Positions 47,701 to 59,700 of a stretch of 64,000 nt of DNA are shown one piece after another (position 1 is the stretch's first letter; each line of letters begins with the position of its first letter). The notes under the pieces are model-generated. The model did not search any database and was not told where the DNA came from. It saw nothing but the letters and a program-made list of their open reading frames with translations. The DNA is from Antedon mediterranea. Taxonomy: Eukaryota > Animalia > Echinodermata. A program made the position numbers and the translations under genes. The DNA is taken from NCBI RefSeq assembly GCF_964355755.1, contig NC_092680.1, forward strand, positions 1,798,001 to 1,862,000, written 5' to 3'.

Positions 47701-50700
47701 ATATTTGGGCACATCACTACCACATTTGGGCATATCACTGCCATATTTGGGCACATCACTACAATATTTGGGCACATCACTACCACATTTGGGCACATCA
47801 CTACAATATTTGGGCACATCACTACCACATTTGGGCACATCACTACAACATTTGGGCACATCACTACAATATTTGGGCACATCACTACAATATTTGGGCA
47901 CATCACTACAATATTTGGGCACATCACTACAATATTTGGGCACATCACTACAATATTTGGGCACATCACTGCCATATTTGGGCACATCACTACCACATTT
48001 GGGCACATCACTACAATGTTTGGGCACATCACTACCACATTTGGGCACATCACTACAATATTTGGGCACATCACTACCACATTTGGGCACATCACTACCA
48101 TATTTGGGCACATCACTACAATATTTGGGCACATCACTACAATATTTGGGCACATCACTACCACATTTGGGCACATCACTACAACATTTGGGCACATCAC
48201 TACAATATTTGGGCACATCACTACAATATTTGGGCACATCACTACAATATTTGGGCACATCACTACAATATTTGGGCACATCACTACAATATTTGGGCAC
48301 ATCACTACAATATTTGGGCACATCACTACCACATTTGGGCACATCACTACCATATTTGGGCACATCACTACAATATTTGGGCATATCCCTACCATATTTG
48401 GGCACATCACTACCATATTTGGGCACATCACTACAATATTTGGGCACATCACTACCATATTTGGGCACATCACTACAATATTTGGGCATATCCCTACCAT
48501 ATTTGGGCACATCACTACCATATTTGGGCACATCACTACAATATTTGGGCACATCACTACCACATTTGGGCACATCACTACCATATTTGGGCACATCACT
48601 ACAATATTTGGGCACATCACTACCATATTTGGGCACATCACTACAATATTTGGGCATATCCCTACCATATTTGGGCACATCACTACCATATTTGGGCACA
48701 TCACTACAATATTTGGGCACATCACTACCACATTTGGGCACATCACTACCATATTTGGGCACATCACTACAATATTTGGGCACATCACTACCATATTTGG
48801 GCACATCACTACAATATTTGGGCACATCACTACAATATTTGGGCATATCACTACAATATTTGGGCACATCACTACCACATTTGGGCACATCACTACCACA
48901 TTTGGGCACATCACTACAATATTTGGGCACATCACTACAATATTTGGGCACATCACTACAATATTTGGGCACATCACTACAATATTTGGGCACATCACTA
49001 CCACATTTGGGCACATCACTACAATATTTGGGCACATCACTACAATATTTGGGCACATCACTACAACATTTGGGCACATCACTACAATATTTGGGCACAT
49101 CACTACAATATTTGGGCACATCACTACAATATTTGGGCACATCACTACAATATTTGGGCACATCACTACCACATTTGGGCACATCACTACAATATTTGGG
49201 CACATCACTACAATATTTGGGCACATCACTACAATATTTGGGCATATCACTACAATATTTGGGCACATCACTACAATATTTGGGCACATCACTACCACAT
49301 TTGGGCACATCACTACCATATTTGGGCACATCACTACAATGTTTGGGCACATCACTACAACATTTGGGCACATCACTACAATATTTGGGCACATCACTAC
49401 AATATTTGGGCATATCACTACAATATTTGGGCACATCACTACAATATTTGGGCACATCACTACCACATTTGGGCACATCACTACAATATTTGGGCACATC
49501 ACTACCACATTTGGGCACATCACTACAATATTTGGGCACATCACTACAATATTTGGGCACATCACTACAATATTTGGGCACATCACTACAATATTTGGGC
49601 ATATCCCTACCATATTTGGGCACATCACTACAATATTTGGCGAACTAGTTTGATAGTGTAGACAGAGCTTAACGTTTGAGACCCAATACATACGATGCCT
49701 AACATAATATAATATTTAAATTAAAGAATATATGAAATGCTAACTAACCTGCAAAAAAGCCATTACCACAACTTTCTACACATGTGGCAGAGTCTTCTCG
49801 TAAGAAGTAATCTTTATAGCATGTCAGACAATTCTCGTTAGAATGACCAAAGCATGTCTTACATTGAGGATTACATAATCGACATCGTTTGTGACCTTCT
49901 GGCGGTGTAAACTGACCCTCTGGACACGTTGAAACACATGCACTGCAAAAGAATCATTACTTATTTTAATCTTTTTTGTACTGGCCATTTACAGTGATAT
50001 AACTGCATATAAATATGAGGAACAACTTTAATTTTTAAATGTTTATAAAGGATTCTATACGATAAGCTAATTCTTTAATATAGGATAGGATTAGCATAAC
50101 AATAATAATAATGTACTAATGTAATAGTAATAATAGAACAGTGCATACTTGAAAGCAAGCGGGGTGAACAAGGTCAAAGTCTACGGCAACTAATGTTGAT
50201 GCACAACAAGCAAGTTTGATTTCAGACAGGCGCGGGCAAACAAAATTATTGGAAGGGCATTTTGTTGTGTTGCGTAGGTTGCATTAGGATGCGTTGCTAG
50301 TGGGAACCACACTTTATTGTTGTTGTTTGTGGAGATACAGCACTCAGAATCGGTTAAATAAACACAAGCAAAGAATAAAGCTTACTCGGTTTGTTTATCA
50401 CGGTACATCTTGCACTTGTAACATTCCTGAGGCAGTGGCCCGGAACATCCTGCCGCGTCTGAACATTGTTCGTGACAATCAAAGTCATACGAATAAGTAT
50501 AAGAATAGTCTTCCGATGATGGTTCACCATCAATTGAACGCGACTTTCTTCTGTGTGTCGTGTCAACTTTATTTGTTCTTTTTGTAACACGATGTGACGT
50601 TTCAGTTCCATGCAACACAAGAAACACACTGTGAAGCTCACCTGTTAAAAAAAATATTGATAATATGATACAGAAACCTATCCTATTTAAATTATTTACT

Positions 50701-53700
50701 GGAACACATATTTGTATATAAAACAGCTATTACAGAATAACAAAAATGCACACTTTTAATTAAATTCAAATTTATGCTTTCTTTTGGCCATTAAAAAAAC
50801 TCTTGTGGCCGTTATGTTCACCATTCACACATTTAGGTTTAAAGGGAAATGCTTACCCTTAAAACTTAAAAAATCTAAATGAATACAATTTAAGGAAAAT
50901 ACTTAAGTTAAAGTTAAATGAAATACTTAATATTTAAGGGAAATATCTCACTTAAGTATGATTGGTGAATACAGCCACTGGCAATTTGAAGAGATTTGAA
51001 CCCCACCTTCTGTGTTGTCGTAAGAAAACATACCAAGCACCACATTTCCTTACCTGAATGCTGAGATCCTTCTACGGAATCTTCTATCTCTAAAATCCAA
51101 GTACCATTAGCCTCTTCTCCCCAGTTGTGAGTTGTCATAAACGGCCAATCTCGGAACTCTCCGGCGTTATCATCATTTGACCGCGTACCAAGCAAACGAG
51201 AACGTGTACCCATCGGAGAGGTCAGCCAGATGTTGAGGTTGCCGCGTGAACTATACGATAAGCTTATTCGTACTTGGACGTGTTCCAGATATTTTACCTG
51301 GTTTCCACAATGCCATTCGGTATTAATAAGAACTTTAAATTTACTCCCTCCTGATAATTTACTGAAAAAAAATCATGAATTTTGTTTTAATCTCAAAGTC
51401 CTATGTTTAAATTCTACATAAATGTACAAAAGATAAAATTAAAATAAAAGTGTATAGGGTTGTAATTGTTGTTAACTACTACTAGTGTATAGCATGGTAT
51501 AAATGTAGATCACCAGCAGTGAAGTGAACTGATACTAGGTATCCGTCAATGACAGCCATGTGTCTTTAATAGAAGAGGGCTACCAGAACCGTACCAATAA
51601 CACTTGATCCAGTGGCGGAGATAGCTCCAGGCTTGGTTCTACCACGATTTTTTTATGTAAACAATCTTGTTTATGTTTGTCTTATGAAAGGATTGTCTTG
51701 TCATTAGTAAGGCTCCACTAACTTTTAACTTTCTTAGATTTATGTAAATAATAAAGTGAGTTTACCCGTTTGGATATAAGCCTTTCATTTCACATTTATT
51801 TTGAGTTGGTAATGGTTTCCAAGTTTTTGCTAGCTGTGTCATTTTGAAAGAATCCATCAATCCAAACCCATAGCGATTGCTTACTGAAGAAAATAAACAT
51901 ATATCATATTAATAACATAATATGATGATCAAATTTTTAATATGCTTTACGTATATCTCAACTCATTTCAAAGTAAGCAAACAAAAGCACCCGATAACAA
52001 CTTGTAAGAAACTGATTCGTGGTCTGTGAATAAAGGTTGCATTCAGTTTCTCGGAGCACTCACATAATTTGGGTTAAAATGCATTGCTATCAATTTTTGA
52101 ATTGGAAGTAGACATTTCTCAATAGTCATTAAGCCTTACCATAAAAGCCTGCACCATTTTTCTTCCAGTTGCCATCTATTAGTGGTTCATGGTTAGATGT
52201 TTCAACCACTATATATTGCATATCACGCCAACTTAGATTTGGGCTGAAAATTACAAAATGTAGATTATATCACCATGGACCTCCATGATATCACTGTATA
52301 TAAAACTAGTAATATAATAGTACAATTAAATGAATACAAACTATTTACTATTATAGAAATTAAATGAAATAGCAAATTCACACTTGATGATGAAGATAAT
52401 GATGATGATAATGATGATGACGATGATGATGACAATGACGGTGATGATGATGATGATCATCATCATCATCATCATGATCATGAAAATAATGATGATGATA
52501 AATACATTTACTGTCATTTAAAAACCGGATATACAGTATTAATCTTACTTGGCTTGGAAAGCTAGTGCACACATTGCAGCAGCCATTGGCGCCGAGGCTG
52601 AGGTACCAGTATGGTGCTCTGTACATTTTCCTCTTAAATCAGTTTTAACCTATTAAAAATAATTATACAATTATTTGTTTTAAAGCCACTAATGTACACA
52701 CTTTTTTTGTCAAATTAGTTTGATAGTGTAGACAACTCACCACTTGTTTTTGAGTTGCATTACCACTACTAAAGGTCGTGGCTAATATAGACGAACACTC
52801 TTCAGCGTACCACGGTTCTTGTCCACTCTCTGTTACCCCACTAACTGTCAATGTATAGATGCTATTGGCATAGCCATCACAGTTACAATCATCGTGATAC
52901 CTGCCTCCATTACCTGAGGCCCAGATCTGAATTGAACCTTGACCTTTCCGACCCTGTATAAATAAAAAGAAACTTGTTTAATTAAAATTATGGTTATATT
53001 TATTTAATTGTTGAAGCTCTAAATAATATGCTGTAATATAAATAATTTGTTATGATAAATAAAAAAATATAAGTAATCAATTGATTTGAACCCAGACATT
53101 CTGCTTGATATGTAGGCAACCTACAATTAAACCAGTTAGTGTGTATGGTATTTCCAATTTTTTGTCAATTTATACACACAGCAACTGGGAGTATAAGCAG
53201 CATATGAAAATGTAATAATGTTAGTACAGCACAAAAAACAATTGAATTGGAAAATGGAAAGAGAGAGTTGTACTCTTTACCTTAGTTACTGATGCCTCCA
53301 AGGCAAGTGTTGCTAAATAGCCAGGACCGTCGACTGTTTTCCCATCATCATCAGGCCCCCAACTTGAACTGTAAATATCAATAACATCTGGATTGTAGCT
53401 TAGGGCTGCTGCCTCGACGGCGTCAGTGACGTCGCCGTCAAGCATTCGTATACCTGTAAATAAAGGTGCCAGTCATTCAAACATAAAGCATACTAAATCT
53501 CTGTCTAAACTATCAAACCAGTTTGACAAAAAAAAGTGCTCAAATATAGTAGTGATATGCCCAAATATAGTAGTGATATGACACATCACATTTTTTTGTT
53601 TGATAGTGTAGACAAGGCTTAAGTAACCGTAACATATTTAAAGTACATTACTAAAATCTTGATTGCTGTTACTTGAGGAAAACTTTTTCAATTAAACATT

Positions 53701-56700
53701 TAATAATTCATTTTCGTCTGTGGTTTGGCAGGTCCACATGAGAAACCTGGACAAATGTGTCAATATACAGAGCAGCCACTAACAACTCAGTCTACATGTT
53801 TGAGTTATTTGTTGTGTTCTGAATTGTTTTTAGATGCCAACTCTGTTATGTACCTCCAATTTTGGCATCATACGCAATTCCAACGCCACATATCGTATTA
53901 TTAGCATACATTGCTACAACCCCTGCACATCTGGTACCATGTCTAAAAAGAAAGAAAGACAGTGTGTTCTACATAAGTGCGTATAGCTCCAAGTGTACAA
54001 TGTTTTAAAACATTTTTTGAAAGTTTTCTTTTCCCTAAGGAATAATTTATATGTTCTATTTGTCCTTGTATACTGCTTGGATTATTGTACAGCGCTTTGG
54101 TCCTTTTTTTGGGAAAAGCGCTTTATAAATCTATATAGTATAGTACAAGTGTATGTATATTTGCAAAATGGTGATAATGGTGGCTTGCCACATATAATAA
54201 CAAATCTTGATAATCATTTTCCAATCCTGGTTTCACAATCAATGTTACTGACTTTAATAAAGACCACTTTTTCTTGATTACTTTCCCTGTAAATTTTATC
54301 AATTCATTTCTGAAACTTATATATAAATGATTAACTTTAATAATAAACTATTAAGTTGTGTACCAATTATATTGAATCAAGACCTTAAATTTCTATAATT
54401 TACATAAGAATGAGGCTATCTGCAAGGTTGGCCATAGTCTATTGTTAGTGTGGTGGCTGTTGGTGTTGTCATCTAAGCGTGAAATTTATTGTTTTCTATC
54501 TAAATAAGCCAACCATGCGTCTATTGCTAGACCAAGTGCAAGGTTCAGATTAACTGAAAATTTTAATCAATGGATTTTTGCTTTTATTAGTAATTATTTA
54601 GTTTTTAGTATTATAAAAGAAAATTATGTTTTGTTTAACAAATACAACATGCGGGTAAAACTGAAGCTGGACACAAAAATTTGATCTTACTTATTCTCAT
54701 TGAAAAAATCATATCTAGGCATTGGATCATGATCATGGTCATTGACATCATAACTAGCTTTTGGCTCCTGCAAAAAAAACCATTTATTTTAAAACTATTC
54801 AATAGTATCAGAAACAATTATTTCAATTGTAATTCTACTTTTTACAAATTATTACATTCCTACAACTGCTAAATTATATTCTAGCCTGGTTTCTCCCTCC
54901 TCTGTTGATATTTCAAAGCACAATTTTCAACTGATATAATTGTTTAATATCTACATATATCTATTGTTTAATATCTACATATATCTATTGTTTAATATCT
55001 ACATATATCTATTGTTTAATATCTACATACTGTATATCTATTGTTTAATATCTACATATATCTATATACTGAAAATTAATCAATTTAGAAACTATAAAGA
55101 TGAGGAAATCTGTGAGAATAAGAAAAAGTTGCCAAAACTTCAGATGTCCTAAACATTACATGACTGATGTTTAACTTCAGATGTCCTAACCATTACATGA
55201 CTGATGTTTAACTTCAGATGTCCTAACCATTACACGACTGATGTTTTCATGTATGGTTCAAATTCGATTGAATATCAACTATATAAAAACCCACAGCGTG
55301 GCACAACACTAGTCCCTCAATTGTATGCACGCGCACCAGAGATCATATTGATACGCCCTTATCTTAAATTCACAAAGCGGGATGTCAATACACATTCTTA
55401 CATAGTTATCCTTTAAGTCAGGGTGAGTCCATTCAAGACCATCATCCAGGATTGACACAACTACACCCTTGCCAGTAAAACCATTGCTCCAGGTTTTGTA
55501 CACATTGTGGCTCATTGGCTTTCCACCCTGGCAAAAAAAGAAAAAATAAAGGTTTAAAATAGTGAATACAAAATGTTGTGGATAGCCAGGTCTCTACTTT
55601 TGTACTAAATAAACATTTTTCAGAGGCAGTGGATCCATGATTTTCAGGGGAGCTAACATAACCTGTCAAAAATATTTATAAAAAATTAGTGACATTTTAA
55701 CTGTCACAAAGAGGGAGCCTGCAACCCAAGTGCTACAGTACTCTATTTTTTTAAAACAAACTTTTAATAGTGAACAAAATATAATCTACAGTAGTAATAT
55801 AATTTGAGATTTTACGGTTATTTTTCTATTTTTAAATTGTATAGGTCATTATAAACAATAATATGTGGTTAGATTAAGTCTAAACTTAATAGCCAGTTTG
55901 TCTATGAAATCGCCATGCCAACTAGCAAAAAACTCTACCTTTATATGACCGTGTACAGTGCCAATTTTTCATTAAGTAAATAGGCATTAAATAAATAGTG
56001 TTTATCTCATAGAATGCCTATTGATACAAAGTAATGGATGTGTATTTTGTCAATGAGTACCATGACCCAGTATACACACACAAGCAATGCCTATAGCTGA
56101 ACAGGCAATCTATACACAGTCAGTCATGACCCAGTATACACACACAAGCAATGCCTATAGCTGAACAGGCAATCTATACACAGTCAGTCATGACCCAGTA
56201 TACACACACAAGCAATGCCTATAGCTGAACAGGCAATCTATACACAGTCAGTCATGACCCAGTATACACACACAAGCAATGCCTATAGCTGAACAGGCAA
56301 TCTATACACAGTCAGTCATGACCCAGTATACACACACAAGCAATGCCTATAGCTGAACAGGCAATCTATACAGAGTCAGTCATGACCCAGTATACACACA
56401 CAAGCAATGCCTATAGCTGAACAGGCAATCCATACACAGTCAGTCATGACCCAGTATACACACAAAAGCAATGCCTATAGCTGAACAGGCGATCTATACA
56501 CAGTCAGTCATGACCCAGTATACACACACAAGCAATGCCTATAGCTGAACAGGCAATCTATACACAGTCAGTCATGACCCAGTATACACACACAAGCTTT
56601 ATAGCTGAACAGGCAATCTATACACAGTCAGTCATGACCCAGTATACACGGTTTCGATCCAAGTCGGCCCTAAACCGTCTCGGCCAAAGTCAAGTCGGCC

Positions 56701-59700
56701 CCAAGTCAAGTCGGCCTCAAGTCAACTCGGCCGCAAGTCAACTCGGCCTCAAGTCAACTCGGCCTCACGTCAACTCGGCCAAAAAATAATCGGTCAACTC
56801 GGCCCATTAAAGTATGGAACGCAAAAAGTGCAAATAAAGGGGATTGATAAAATAATATTTCTTCACAATTTTTTAACTATGAATAATTCTGACTTTTAAT
56901 AAATATTATTATTTAGACAATAATATATTTAGCAAAAAAAATAGGAATGATTTCACCAACTTTCCTTTATTTACGTTTAATAAAATTTCGTAGCTGTGCG
57001 TTTGCCAGCTTTTTCGATATCTACAACTGCTACGTGTTTTCGCTGACCGGGGGATTCCCCTTTTTTTAAAACGCAAATCATGCACAAAAACGATGTACGA
57101 TCATTTTTTCTATGGCCAAATGGTGGAACGTAGGCCTCCGTCTTCGATTTCCTAAAATACGGTACCTGCACGTGTTTTTTGTAACACACGGGTACTTCTA
57201 ATCTATTCATATCGGCAATGAGTTCATTTTTTTATATGATATTATATTTTTTATTTCTTCATTTTTTTTAAAACGTGGATAGTAAGAATCGTAATAATAT
57301 TAAGCACTTTTTGCGTTCCATACTTTATTGTGGCCGAGTTGACCGATTAGTTTTTGGCCGAGTTGACGTGAGGCCGAGTTGACTTGAGGCCGAGTTGACT
57401 TGAGGCCGAGTTGACTTGGGGCCGACTTGACGTGGGGCCGACTTGACTTTGGCCGAGACGGTTTGGGGCCGACTTGACCTGCAACCGTATACACACACAA
57501 GCAATGCCTATAGCTGAACAGGCGATCTATACACAGTCAGTCATTCTTCATATTAATCTTTCATCTTAAGCTCTGTCTACACTATCAAACATTATGTTTC
57601 AAGAAAAATCATCACATTTCTCTCACATAAAGACAGAGCCGCCTAATTTGTTCTTGAGCTATGGAGAATTACTTTTTTTTTCGAAATAAAAGGTGAATGA
57701 ATGATTATCTTTAAAAAATATTTGAACACTTACCACATACCACTCATCAGACAAATCTTGATCATTAAATATCATATTACGCTTTGAACGATGAAGCAAA
57801 GTTTGCTGTTCAACAAAATGTACCTAAAACAACATCAAATACGAATAAGAACTTGACTATTGTATAATATGAACAATTAAATGTATAACATTGCGTTTCT
57901 TATTTAATACTACATTTAACTACATGTTTTCGACTATTTTATTGTTTATCATTACATTATTTTTTGTTTTAAATTTTTCATAAAACATTCCCGTCTCTAC
58001 ATTCTTTTATTTTAGATATACAATTATGCAATATGTACATTTTTTTTACAATTTTAAATGTTTTTTCTGTCTTTTTTTACAAGATTTATTTATTTATAAC
58101 GTTCTACTAATTTAATATGTAATTTTACTATTTTATATAAATTTCTCTATTTTAACATTGTACTGGACTTAATACTTACAACCTACTTTTACGTTTTTCT
58201 TTTGAGTTCCATTTTCGTCCGTCATGTTATTTTAAATGTATTAATGTGTTTTTTTAACAAAATAAATAGATATTGAATTGAATTGATTGATATATCTTGC
58301 TTACTTGAGATTCTTGAGCCAATTGCATGTGATATCCATTGCTAATCTCTGCTGATCTTTTACTCAACTTATCATGTGTGAAGAGATAGCGATCTTCAAG
58401 TTCGCCAATCTTTACAAAGGAAGAAAAATTGATTATTGTAATTTATACCAGAGCCGATAATGAATGAATTCTTGTGTAGCGCTATTTTAATAGATTATTG
58501 CTTCTTGAGCTGTGGCACTTTTCATGCTTTTCCTATCACATCATGCTAAATCAGCCAAATACAGTACTGTACTATCCATGTCCAGTGGCTGTGTGTGTAC
58601 AGCACGGGATAACCCTTGTAATTCATCTTGAAAGATGTACAGGTTCTTTTAAATTGTGTAATTTAAAGGAAATACATTTGAATTCAACATTTTAGGTGGG
58701 GTTTTCTACTTTAAAAACCCTTATATTATTGAGTTAAGTAAAATACTTAATATTTAAGGGAAATATCTCACTTAAGTTTGAATAGTGAATACGCCTACAG
58801 GTTCTTTTAAAGTGTACACAAAGATTGTGTACACTCATAGACATATCTATGGTACACTGGACATACAATTTACAGTCCTTAAAATCCAGGAAGACTTGTT
58901 CTACTGTACCACCATGGAGCTGTATCAGCCACAAACACTTTCTGATATTATAGCTATGGATTAATATGGTTTAATTAACAGTCACTTTTTACTCCTTAAT
59001 ACTAATATTTAGTAGGAGTTATAATCAGATACTAAGAATCAATAAAGCATATTTTTATTTAAATTTACTTAACACAACTACTAGTTTACACAACTACACT
59101 GTAGTATAAGATTATCATTGTCATCTAGCAATGCAATGACACCAGAAGTCATGACACCTAATTTTAATAACAATACAGTAAGTTTAAAATACCTATAAAT
59201 CACAATATTGTTATTCTTAAATCTGTCTGATTTTGTCTGATGTTTGAATAAAGTGTAACATTTTATGTATTACAGTATATAGGCGGTTTGAATAGAGGGG
59301 GCGCAGAGGGAATAAAAGTGACACAATAAGTATTTGAGTCACATGTGTGGCTAGGCATTTAGCGTGGGCCTTAATTTATATATATTTATTAAGGAAAAAA
59401 TTGAATTTATTTATTTACAAAATTTAGGGGAGGGGGGGGGGGCTGGTTAAACACTGGCTATTTAGTATTTTGAACACAATACATTGGTTACAGATTTTTT
59501 TTTTAGAACACCACAAGTTCTTTAGTTCATAAAAAACTTATATTGAACAATAAAGACCAACTTTACTTTATTGTTAGTTTGAACAATAAACTGGGAAGTG
59601 TATTATGACTAACACCCCAATGTCATTATCTAATTCGACATTTTCCCAAAATTAAAGAAAGCCCTGAGCCTCGACATATTCTGATACAAATAACAAAGTA

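Noticed and set aside
46636-49691. Five overlapping 944-995 aa ORFs with 7-aa periodicity (e.g. WAHHYNI, CSDVPKY)
   Set aside because: They are a by-product of a 21-bp unit with stops in only one of six frames. The array is bounded by MITE TIRs and lies in a PCSK5 intron, with no evidence of coding function.
52378-52626. His/Asp-rich ORF resembling a metal-binding peptide
   Set aside because: It is an off-frame read of a PCSK5 exon continuing into an intronic (GAT/CAT)n microsatellite.
40491-57545. Tandem arrays (21, 52 and 64 bp) as possible CRISPR arrays
   Set aside because: The units are contiguous with no unique spacers, there are no cas genes, and the context is eukaryotic introns.
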